Counted from the first letter of the stretch, positions 17,965 through 25,642 are shown. The stretch: DNA of 32,000 nucleotides from Candidatus Saccharimonadota bacterium (GCA_002421785.1 DIRZ01000002.1:360001-392000); one strand, 5' to 3'. The notes: generated by a model from the sequence alone, not told the origin. Made by a program: numbers and translations.

Positions 17965-18039
17965 TTACTCTTGTGTATGATAGCAGTTTTTTCTCTGTTA
18001 ATCAACAGGGATGCGGCATTTATTTTTACAGAGGTTAGG

Positions 18040-18048
18040 TGATATAAT
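18040..18048 (+). promoter_or_regulatory. extended -10 element (TGaTATAAT) for tRNA-Thr and downstream genes
   Basis: TG-n-TATAAT lies 17 nt upstream of the tRNA 5' end. Confidence 0.5.
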
Positions 18049-18065
18049 GAATCAAGCACCAATGT

Positions 18066-18141
18066 GCCGCTGTAGCTCAGCTGGTAGAGCGGCGCTTTCG
18101 TAAAGCGTAGGTCACCGGTTCAAATCCGGTCAGCGGCTCCA
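18066..18141 (+). tRNA. tRNA-Thr (anticodon CGT), discriminator U73, CCA encoded
   Basis: GCCGCTG-TA-GCTC-AGCTGGTA-GAGC-G-GCGCT-TTCGTAA-AGCGT-AGGTC-ACCGG-TTCAAAT-CCGGT-CAGCGGC-T-CCA. Confidence 0.92.
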
Positions 18142-18155
18142 TAAGAGAGCAATAC

Positions 18156-18545
18156 ATGGACACAGAAGATATCAAACTATCAATCAAGCGAGTATTCACC
18201 GACCGACCATTCTTGTGGATGATTGCCGGTGTGGCGCTAGCGGGCGTTATCTACATGTTGTTGGTTGGATTCAATATTCGGCCCAGTGATGTTACGGTGT
18301 ACATACGCTTTACGAGGTTTGGTGAGAATGGTTTCTACGGTTTCTCTAAGAGTCACTGGGCATATCACTTTACGTTTCTTATCTTTGGTCTCGTGGCTGC
18401 GGTGACGCATATTGCGCTAATGATTAAATTTCATAACCTGGGTCGACGACAAACGGCATTGTTTGTAGGCTGGGCGGGGATTTTTATCCTCATTATATCG
18501 GCAGCCTATGCACTTGCCGTAATGAATCTCGGACGCATTTCATGA
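18156..18545 (+). CDS. small polytopic membrane protein (hypothetical), coupled to the glycosyltransferase
   Basis: 129 aa with three to four hydrophobic helices. Its stop overlaps the downstream start (ATGA at 18542-18545). Confidence 0.55.
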   Translation: MDTEDIKLSIKRVFTDRPFLWMIAGVALAGVIYMLLVGFNIRPSDVTVYIRFTRFGENGFYGFSKSHWAYHFTFLIFGLVAAVTHIALMIKFHNLGRRQTALFVGWAGIFILIISAAYALAVMNLGRIS

Positions 18546-20233
18546 CAAGCCTGGAGTTGCCCCTAGGGAAACGCACTAAACTCTATCGATTTTTTGAAAT
18601 TATTCCTGCTGCTATCAGCTACGGCATGATTATTGTATTTATTATCCTTTCAGTGCTGTGGCCACTCGCCGCGGCAGTGTATCTGTTATTGATCATTATT
18701 ACCGTCTTTATTAAATCTATCGGAATTGCGTACCATACAATCCGTGGCCATAACAAGCTTATGAATGCCCAGCGTATTGACTGGCATGCGCGACTTATGG
18801 ATTTAGAGCATCCAGCGGATGCCTATCGCCGGGTGCAGCAGGTTGTGTCGCCTGGGTTCGGGTACCGTGAGCACCAGGAGAACCTGCGTCTTATTAGCGC
18901 TGACCCAGAGAACCGTCCGAAGCCATCCGACCTTTATCATGCCGTTATTATTGCAGCCTACAACGAAGAATATGATGTTATCCAACCGACGCTTGAGTCT
19001 GTCCGCAATACAACGTACGACAACAAGCGGATTATTTTGTACATCGCCTATGAAGAGCGCGGAGGTGAAGGGATTCATGCGACAGTAAAGCGTCTTCAGG
19101 ATGAATATAGTGATGTCTTCTACACCTTCCAGATTGTCCAGCATCCGAAGGATTTGCCAGATGAACTCGTGGGCAAGGGGCCGAACATAACCTATGCGGG
19201 GTATGAGCTGCAGAAGTGGTGCAAACGCCAGGGTATCGCCTATAACAACGTCATAGTAACGACACTCGATAGCGATAATCGGCCGCATCCAACCTATTTT
19301 GACTATGTTGCGTATGAATACATTGCTCAGGATGATCGAAAACACCTTTCGTATCAGCCGATCGCGCTTTACTTCGGAAACATATGGGATGCACCAGCAC
19401 CTATGCGCGTAATCGCAACCGGTAACTCTTTTTGGACAATTATCAGCAGCATGCGCCCGCACACTTTGCGCAATTTCGCTGCTCACTCGCAACCGCTTGA
19501 TGCGCTGGTCGAAATGGACTTTTGGAGTAAGCGCAGCATTGTCGAAGACGGTCACCAGTATTGGCGGAGTTATTTCTACTTCGCCGGTAAGTATAGCGTG
19601 CTGCCTATCCACGTACCCATCTACCAAGATGCAGTAATGGCGGATACGCTTAAAAAGACGTTGGTTACTCAGTTTAAGCAACTACGTCGATGGGGGTACG
19701 GAGTATCTGATATTCCGTATGTCGCAACTCGGCTTTTCACGCGTTCAAGGAATGTTCCTTTTTGGGAGGGCTTCGCTCGTTTCGCGCGCCTGGTGGATAG
19801 CCATGTCACGTTAGCAACAATGGCGATACTCATCACCTTTGGGGGGTGGATACCGCTGCTCATCAATCCGCATGCCTCGCAGGACATCGCTGCCCATAAT
19901 CTTCCCGTCATCGTGAGCAGCATCCAGCAGGTGGCGCTTATAGGGTTATTCATTACCATTCTTCTCATGCTCAAAATGCTTCCACCTCGTCCGGCGCGCT
20001 ATAAGCGGCACCGCACTATCTTTATGGTATTACAGTGGCTTCTCATGCCGGTGACATCTGTATGTTACAACTCTGTGGCATCATTTAACGCGCAGACTCA
20101 TCTGGCGCTCGGAAAGTATCTCGATAAGTTTGATGTGACTGATAAGGCGACGTTGGCTTCACAGCAGCGTGCTCGTCACGAGAAGCGCCAGGCGAAGCAA
20201 GCGAAGGGCGACCGCGGCGCTTCACGCTCGTGA
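18542..20233 (+). CDS. membrane-embedded processive family-2 glycosyltransferase (cellulose/chitin/hyaluronan-synthase-like)
   Basis: Motifs appear in the canonical order: VIIAAYNEE (D1 region), TLDSDN (DxD), VEDGHQYW (ED), QFKQLRRWGYG (QxxRW). TM helices flank the catalytic domain. Confidence 0.75.
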   Translation: MTSLELPLGKRTKLYRFFEIIPAAISYGMIIVFIILSVLWPLAAAVYLLLIIITVFIKSIGIAYHTIRGHNKLMNAQRIDWHARLMDLEHPADAYRRVQQVVSPGFGYREHQENLRLISADPENRPKPSDLYHAVIIAAYNEEYDVIQPTLESVRNTTYDNKRIILYIAYEERGGEGIHATVKRLQDEYSDVFYTFQIVQHPKDLPDELVGKGPNITYAGYELQKWCKRQGIAYNNVIVTTLDSDNRPHPTYFDYVAYEYIAQDDRKHLSYQPIALYFGNIWDAPAPMRVIATGNSFWTIISSMRPHTLRNFAAHSQPLDALVEMDFWSKRSIVEDGHQYWRSYFYFAGKYSVLPIHVPIYQDAVMADTLKKTLVTQFKQLRRWGYGVSDIPYVATRLFTRSRNVPFWEGFARFARLVDSHVTLATMAILITFGGWIPLLINPHASQDIAAHNLPVIVSSIQQVALIGLFITILLMLKMLPPRPARYKRHRTIFMVLQWLLMPVTSVCYNSVASFNAQTHLALGKYLDKFDVTDKATLASQQRARHEKRQAKQAKGDRGASRS

Positions 20234-20633
20234 GCAAATGATGCTGGAGAGCGTAGGCCATACCCGCGCTCTCATCGTAGCGACGAATAGTCTGGTAGGT
20301 AGTTTCTGCTACTTCTTGTGGAGTGACGGTAGTAGCCGGAGTAAGCGCCGAGATGACAGTCTGTGCAAGATCACCGGCGACTATGCTGCCCTGATCGGGG
20401 TCATGCTGGAATGACTTCCATATACTGATAGTGAGCCGACTCATGCTTAAGTTTGCGGAGTGGGCGCGTGTGTCGTTTTGGATGACCTTCGTGATGTTTC
20501 TGGCCACCTCGTCAGTAGTAAAACTGCGCTTACATGAGCCGCACTGACGGCGCCGCCAAACGCCAGAGCTTCCAGAGCGGGGTCTTGAGCTCGTTACGTC
20601 AGTTGATTTATGTCCGCAATATACGCATATCAT
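20085..20633 (-). CDS. nrdR: NrdR-like zinc-ribbon / ATP-cone transcriptional repressor with C-terminal extension
   Basis: MICVYCGH...VWRRRQCGSCKRSFTTDE matches the NrdR zinc-ribbon pattern. A divergent ATP-cone-like region follows. The last ~49 codons overlap the GT2 gene on the opposite strand. Confidence 0.65.
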   Translation of the reverse strand: MICVYCGHKSTDVTSSRPRSGSSGVWRRRQCGSCKRSFTTDEVARNITKVIQNDTRAHSANLSMSRLTISIWKSFQHDPDQGSIVAGDLAQTVISALTPATTVTPQEVAETTYQTIRRYDESAGMAYALQHHLLTSVKRRGRPSLASPGASRDEHAAVKPTSPYQSHQTYRDTFRAPDESAR

Positions 20634-20698
20634 AGCCATATATTGTCATATCGCTATTAAAAATGCTAGTGGATAAGCGAGTCGTATAAGTGGAAAAG

Positions 20699-20728
20699 CA
20701 AAAAAGCACCCCTCGAAAGAGGGGTGCT
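20699..20728 (-). terminator. intrinsic terminator of the 37-aa ORF transcript
   Basis: Perfect 10-bp stem AGCACCCCTC / GAGGGGTGCT, loop GAAA, followed on the minus strand by TTTTTT. Confidence 0.8.
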
Positions 20729-20750
20729 AGGTAGTAATCAAAGGGAGGGA

Positions 20751-20864
20751 TTAGACTGTGCGGTCTTTGGTCTGTTTCTTTGCTTCGCTCCAGGTCACAT
20801 CATACTCAAATGAGAGATTGAAGGTATCGAGGGCTGATGGTTTGTGGCTAGTATTCGTAGTCAT
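20751..20864 (-). CDS. orphan small protein, 37 aa (MTTNTSHKPSALDTFNLSFEYDVTWSEAKKQTKDRTV)
   Basis: Below the ORF-track size cutoff, so translated by hand. Bracketed by a near-consensus promoter and a strong terminator. No SD, so the geometry is leaderless. Confidence 0.5.
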   Translation of the reverse strand: MTTNTSHKPSALDTFNLSFEYDVTWSEAKKQTKDRTV

Positions 20865-20870
20865 ATAATC

Positions 20871-20899
20871 ATATTAGCACAAGCGATATAATTTGTCAA
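20871..20899 (-). promoter_or_regulatory. near-consensus sigma70 promoter (TTGACA-17-TAATAT)
   Basis: On the minus strand: TTGACA (20899-20894), 17-nt spacer, TAATAT (20876-20871), then 6 nt to ATG 20864. Confidence 0.65.
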
Positions 20900-21043
20900 G
20901 TATCCGTGATGTATCGTTTATATCATGAGCGATATAAGCGGACGATGATGTGTCTAGTAATCCGTGTGGAAAAGGTGCGGAAAGTGTGGGTAAGAAGGAA
21001 TGAGCCAAATTAAAAACCAACCGCTCGGGTTGGATTCTAATCT

Positions 21044-21120
21044 TGGTGGGCGATATAGGATTCGAACCTATCACCTCCACAACGTCAATGTGGCGCTCTA
21101 GCCAAATGAGCTAATCGCCC
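21044..21120 (-). tRNA. tRNA-Val (anticodon GAC), CCA encoded
   Basis: Reverse complement folds as GGGCGAT-TA-GCTC-ATTTGGCTA-GAGC-G-CCACA-TTGACGT-TGTGG-AGGTG-ATAGG-TTCGAAT-CCTAT-ATCGCCC-A-CCA. Confidence 0.92.
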
Positions 21121-21159
21121 TCACTTAGCATTGATTATCATATCAAAACAGGGGCGGTA

Positions 21160-21189
21160 TTGCAATAACAGGGGTTAATGGGGTAGAAT
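21160..21189 (+). promoter_or_regulatory. putative promoter of the thrS leader (TTGCAA-18-TAGAAT)
   Basis: TTGCAA at 21160-21165 and TAGAAT at 21184-21189. Confidence 0.45.
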
Positions 21190-21195
21190 GAAGGT

Positions 21196-21386
21196 GAACA
21201 GCGACGGAGCCTAACCATCTCTCGAGTTCCGCGGGGTATTGTCACGTGCGTAACGTAACACTATAAGTGCTTGGGAATCCCAAGAAGTCCGGTGGAACCG
21301 CCCCGTCTATAGCATACAAAGGGGTCCGAGACATGCGATTACTAGATTTTAATACAGAGAATCTATAGATCGCATGTTTTTATTTG
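21196..21386 (+). promoter_or_regulatory. T-box-like tRNA-sensing leader with intrinsic terminator, upstream of thrS
   Basis: GUCCGG-UGGAACC-GCCCC...GGGGU-CCGAGAC can form an antiterminator with the UGGNACC bulge (21293-21299). A stem III-like hairpin CTTGGG-AAT-CCCAAG lies just upstream. A hairpin loop carries ACC-A (21214-21217) as candidate Thr specifier. Terminator ACATGCGAT...ATCGCATG plus TTTTTATTT at 21331-21386. Confidence 0.65.
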
Positions 21387-21404
21387 TACGAAAGGAGTAC
21401 ATAT

Positions 21405-23216
21405 ATGAATGAAGATCAACTTTATGCAATGCGTCACAGTCTTGCGCACATTACTGCGCAGGCCGTACAGCGTTTATGGCCAGGTGCTAAGTTTGGCGTG
21501 GGGCCTGTCGTTGAGAACGGCTTCTATTACGATATTGACGTAGAGGGCGTCAAAATTAGTGAAGACGATTTTAAAAAAATCGAAAAAGAAATGCGTAAAG
21601 TCATTGCTGCGGATTATTCGTTCGACCGGAGCGAAAAGCCAGTTGACGAAGCGATTGGGTGGGCGCAACAACAGGGTCAGCCGTATAAGGAAGAGCTGCT
21701 AAATGACTTGCGCAGAGCAGGAACGACAATAGCCAAAGATCTGGATGTGTCGGAATTAGGCTTGGCTACAGATGGTGATGCCGCCATCGAAAATGTGTCA
21801 TTTTATACGGACGGTGATTTCACTGATTTGTGTCGTGGTCCGCACGCAGACAGCACGGGTAAAGTAGGCGCGTTTAAGTTGATGCGTGTCGCCGGAGCCT
21901 ATTGGCGCGGCAGGGAAACTAATCCTCAGATGCAGCGACTGTACGGTGTCGCATTCGCTACCCAGCAAGAACTAGACGCTCACTTAATGATGCTTGAAGA
22001 GGCGAAAAAGCGCGATCATCGCAAACTCGGCAAGGAGCTCGACCTTTACACTACCTCACCACTCGTGGGGGTGGGGCTTCCGATGTTCACGCCTCGTGGG
22101 ACGATTCTCCGCGATAAAGCAGCTCAGTTGTCTAATCAACTGCGCGAAGTGCATGGATTCGCAAAGGTTTGGACGCCGCACATTACAAAAAAAGATCTGT
22201 ACGAAGCATCGGGGCACTGGGCAAAGTTTGGCGATGAGCTGTTCTTAGTGACGAGCCAGGAAACGAGCGATAAAATGGCTCTCAAACCTATGAACTGCCC
22301 ACACCATGCTCAGATATTTGCTAGTCGACCGCGCAGCTATAGGGATATGCCGCTCCGATTCCTGGAAACAACCACCGACTACCGCGACGAAAAAACTGGT
22401 GAACTGGGCGGGCTTAACCGAGTTCGATCGCTCACTCAGGACGATAGCCACGTATTTTGTCGCTCTGATCAGATTGAGCAGGAAGTGCATGGTTTGATGG
22501 ATAGTGCCCGTGAATTATACGCGACGCTCGGTATGAAATTACGCGTACGCTTGAGCTACCGTGATGACAGCGAGGCGTATTTGGGTGATCGATCACTTTG
22601 GGAGTCGGCGCAGGCACAGCTGAAGGCGGCGGTTGTCGCCAATGGTCTCGATTTTTTTGAGGAAGACGGCGAGGCTGCGTTTTATGGCCCCAAAATCGAC
22701 TTCATGGCAACAGACGCAATTGGGCGCGAACACCAGCTCGCGACTGTCCAGCTCGACTTTGTCCAGCCACAACGCTTTGGGCTTGAGTATACGGACGAAG
22801 AAGGAAGTTCTCGACAACCTATCATGGTCCACTCCGCATTGCTCGGGTCAATTGAGCGATTCCTGAGCGTTTACATCGAACACACCGGCGGCTGGTTTCC
22901 GCTTTGGATTGCTCCAGAGCAAGTCAGGATTCTGACAATTAATGACCAAGTAATGGAGTATGTGTCTGAAGTTCAGCAAGTACTCAATCAGGTTGTCCTT
23001 ATGCAGCCGGTAAAATACAACGAGTTACGCTATACGGTTGATGACCGTAACGAAAGCCTTGGAAAGAAGATTCGTGAAGCCACAAGCTGGAAGGTGCCCG
23101 TCCAGTTGATTATTGGTCCGAAAGATGCTGAGTCGCGCGAGGTGAGCGTCCGTATGCAATCGGGTGAGGAGAAAGTCGCGCTGGCAGATTTGCGAGCGTA
23201 TCTCGAGTCAAAATAA
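21405..23216 (+). CDS. thrS: threonine--tRNA ligase (no N-terminal TGS domain)
   Basis: ATG 21405 is preceded by AAAGGAG. Starts in the editing-domain motif MRHSLAHITAQAV. Class II motifs and a C-terminal anticodon-binding domain are present. The ORF-track TTG 21384 lies inside the terminator tail and is rejected. Confidence 0.93.
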   Translation: MNEDQLYAMRHSLAHITAQAVQRLWPGAKFGVGPVVENGFYYDIDVEGVKISEDDFKKIEKEMRKVIAADYSFDRSEKPVDEAIGWAQQQGQPYKEELLNDLRRAGTTIAKDLDVSELGLATDGDAAIENVSFYTDGDFTDLCRGPHADSTGKVGAFKLMRVAGAYWRGRETNPQMQRLYGVAFATQQELDAHLMMLEEAKKRDHRKLGKELDLYTTSPLVGVGLPMFTPRGTILRDKAAQLSNQLREVHGFAKVWTPHITKKDLYEASGHWAKFGDELFLVTSQETSDKMALKPMNCPHHAQIFASRPRSYRDMPLRFLETTTDYRDEKTGELGGLNRVRSLTQDDSHVFCRSDQIEQEVHGLMDSARELYATLGMKLRVRLSYRDDSEAYLGDRSLWESAQAQLKAAVVANGLDFFEEDGEAAFYGPKIDFMATDAIGREHQLATVQLDFVQPQRFGLEYTDEEGSSRQPIMVHSALLGSIERFLSVYIEHTGGWFPLWIAPEQVRILTINDQVMEYVSEVQQVLNQVVLMQPVKYNELRYTVDDRNESLGKKIREATSWKVPVQLIIGPKDAESREVSVRMQSGEEKVALADLRAYLESK

Positions 23217-23842
23217 TGCCAGAGAATCTTCGAAAGCTGACAATCGCCATTGACTGTGATGATGTGATCGTACCAACGTCCAGCGTACTGCTGAATGCTT
23301 ATAATAGGCGCCATGGAACAAAGATAGGCTTAGAATCGTTTTATAGTGATTCGCTTTGGGGAGCTGACACGCCCGAAAAGGGAACTCGGCGCGTCGACCA
23401 GCTCCTCAAAGAGGGCATCACTGCGAAAGTTTTCCCCACGCCTGAAGCAGTGGAGTATATTCATCGTTTGAGCCAGGACGGCCATGAACTTCATATCGTC
23501 ACTGGTCGACAGAGCTATCAAGAAGCCGAGACGCATCGTATGCTCGCTGAGCATTTTCCGAATGTATTTGCTTCTGTTGAACATACAAATATGTATGCAT
23601 CGGGCCACGCAGCAGCATTGAGGCGGAGCAAAGGAGCGGTATGCCGCATGCTTGGGGCAGATGTGCTGGTGGATGATCACGTTTTCCATGGCAGGGAAGT
23701 CCTTCGTCATGGTGTGGAAAATGTCGTTATTTTCGGTGATTATCCGTGGAATATCTCTGAATCGTTAGAGGCGGGGATGGCGCGATGTGCATCGTGGGCG
23801 TCCACCTACCTGGAGGTTATGCGAATTGCAAAAAGTTCATAA
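23216..23842 (+). CDS. HAD-superfamily hydrolase, 5'(3')-nucleotidase-like
   Basis: Motif I IAIDCDDVIV (DxDxV). TAATG overlap with the thrS stop. Confidence 0.55.
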   Translation: MPENLRKLTIAIDCDDVIVPTSSVLLNAYNRRHGTKIGLESFYSDSLWGADTPEKGTRRVDQLLKEGITAKVFPTPEAVEYIHRLSQDGHELHIVTGRQSYQEAETHRMLAEHFPNVFASVEHTNMYASGHAAALRRSKGAVCRMLGADVLVDDHVFHGREVLRHGVENVVIFGDYPWNISESLEAGMARCASWASTYLEVMRIAKSS

Positions 23843-24134
23843 TCTACGGGAGGCGGTATATGCGCTTATGGCGCAACTTCCTCGGGGGTGCGTAACGACC
23901 TATGGGGATTTGGCTGCGATGGCTGGTAGTCCAGGCGCAGCGCGCGTGGTTGGGGGTATCGCACACTACGGTCACGAAGAGCTACCATGGCATAGGCTTG
24001 TGAATTCGCACGGAGGTCTGGCATCGGGGTATCCTGGTGGTCCAGATGTACAGCGTCAATTGCTAGAGCACGATGGCATCCGCTGTACTAATTTGTATGT
24101 CAATAACTTTGAAACGATACGGTGGCGACCATGA
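23787..24134 (+). CDS. alkyltransferase-like protein (ATL; MGMT DNA-binding domain without the active-site Cys)
   Basis: GCVTTYGDLAAMAG and PWHRLVNSHG: Trp replaces the acceptor Cys of the PCHRV motif. The start is uncertain (GTG 23787 or TTG about 23823). Confidence 0.75.
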   Translation: MHRGRPPTWRLCELQKVHNLREAVYALMAQLPRGCVTTYGDLAAMAGSPGAARVVGGIAHYGHEELPWHRLVNSHGGLASGYPGGPDVQRQLLEHDGIRCTNLYVNNFETIRWRP

Positions 24135-25018
24135 CGAGAAAGTCACAATTACCGCTTATTGTTATTGTCGGTCCAACAGCAAGCGGGAAGACTGGCCTTG
24201 CAATTCGACTCGCACGTGAGTTTGGTGGTGAAATTATTTCAGCAGATTCACGAGCAGTGTACTCAGGTCTTGATATCGGCACGGCTAAGCCCACGAAGGA
24301 AGAACAGCAGTTAGCGCCACACTGGGGCATTGATATTGCTCTCCCCTCGGAACGATTCACCGCGGCAGATTTCAAGCACTATGCAGTGCAGAAGATTGCA
24401 GAAATTCGCAGCCGGGGCCACATACCATTGCTAGTAGGCGGTACGGGGCTTTATGTAGATAGCGTGGTGTATGATTATGAATTTCCGGACACAAATCAGG
24501 AGCTTTCGGAGCGCAATTCGCTTGATGCTATGAATCTAGACGAACTTTACGATTATTGTATGAAAAACAACATAAATTTGCCCGAGAACTATAAGAATAA
24601 ACGCTATGTGATTAATACAATACTTCGAAAAGGACAAGCATTAAGGAGGCGGACGCAGCCGGTAGAAAATTGCTTTATTGTAGGAATCGCAACAGACAAA
24701 ACGACTTTACGTACGAGAATAGAGAATCGCGCCGAAGATATCTTTAGCCAAAAAGTCATTGACGAGGCCGAAGATGCGGCCCGTACGCATGGATGGGACA
24801 ATGAAGCGATGACGGGAAATATCTACCCATTACTGAGGCGTCACATGGCGGGCGAACTTAGCATTGACGATGCGAAGCGGGCATTTATTACACTCGATTG
24901 GCACCTGGCAAAACGTCAGATGACTTGGTTAAAGCGCTCCGAACACATTAGATGGCTGCCACTCGATGACGCGTACACCTATTGTGCTCGCGTACTCGCA
25001 AATCTGAATAACTCGTGA
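24131..25018 (+). CDS. miaA: tRNA dimethylallyltransferase
   Basis: P-loop VGPTASGKTGLAIRLA and ISADSRAVYSGLDIGTAKPT. ATGA overlap with the ATL stop. Confidence 0.9.
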   Translation: MTRKSQLPLIVIVGPTASGKTGLAIRLAREFGGEIISADSRAVYSGLDIGTAKPTKEEQQLAPHWGIDIALPSERFTAADFKHYAVQKIAEIRSRGHIPLLVGGTGLYVDSVVYDYEFPDTNQELSERNSLDAMNLDELYDYCMKNNINLPENYKNKRYVINTILRKGQALRRRTQPVENCFIVGIATDKTTLRTRIENRAEDIFSQKVIDEAEDAARTHGWDNEAMTGNIYPLLRRHMAGELSIDDAKRAFITLDWHLAKRQMTWLKRSEHIRWLPLDDAYTYCARVLANLNNS

Positions 25019-25024
25019 TACTAT

Positions 25025-25642
25025 ATGAGTAATGAACAAAGCAGGGGAAGTATGATTGACGCATTATTTGGTTCAAAGACACGAGTGAAACTTCTTCATC
25101 TTTTTTTGAATAATCCTGGCAAGGCATTTTATGTGCGAGAGATTACTCGATTAATTGATGAACAGATTAATTCCGTGCGTCGCGAGCTTGCGAATATGCT
25201 CGAGGTGGGTGTCATCACAAGCGATAGTGCTGACAATAAGTTGTACTATGAAGTGAATCAGCGCTACGAACATTATGCTCCTTTTCGCGCGATGTTCGGT
25301 GATGCAAAACAAGCTGGCACTCCTCACCAGCCCAAAACAACCGTTCCCGAGTGGCACAAAGTAATAAGTAAATTGTCCGGCATACGGGTGGCGGTGGCTG
25401 CTGGAATACTTGTAAAGGGTTCTGCTAGCCAGGTTGATCTATTGCTGGTCGGTGATTTATCGGCTGCAAAAGTCAAAGCACTTACAAGTGCGATCGAAAA
25501 AGGAGAGGGTCGAGAGCTCAGTTATAGCGTTCTCTCTTATGATGAATTTTATTATCGTTTGAGTGTACGAGATAAATTTATTACGGCGGTCCTGACAAAT
25601 AAACACGACGTCATCGTCGATACTGATAACATTCTGAAATGA
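25025..25642 (+). CDS. winged-helix (ArsR-like) DNA-binding protein with C-terminal degenerate nucleotidyltransferase-like domain
   Basis: LFGSKTRVKLLHLFLNNPGKAFYVREITRLIDEQINSVRRELANMLEVGVI is a wHTH. The C-terminal GSASQVDLLLVGD segment resembles a minimal NTase motif. The start may instead be the ATG at 25052. Confidence 0.55.
   Translation: MSNEQSRGSMIDALFGSKTRVKLLHLFLNNPGKAFYVREITRLIDEQINSVRRELANMLEVGVITSDSADNKLYYEVNQRYEHYAPFRAMFGDAKQAGTPHQPKTTVPEWHKVISKLSGIRVAVAAGILVKGSASQVDLLLVGDLSAAKVKALTSAIEKGEGRELSYSVLSYDEFYYRLSVRDKFITAVLTNKHDVIVDTDNILK

Noticed and set aside
18803-19681. 292-aa ORF antisense to the glycosyltransferase gene
   Set aside because: It is long, but it lies wholly inside the + strand GT2 gene, which carries ordered catalytic motifs. 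The antisense product is Arg/Ile/Val-rich with no motif, SD or promoter. It is most simply a shadow ORF.
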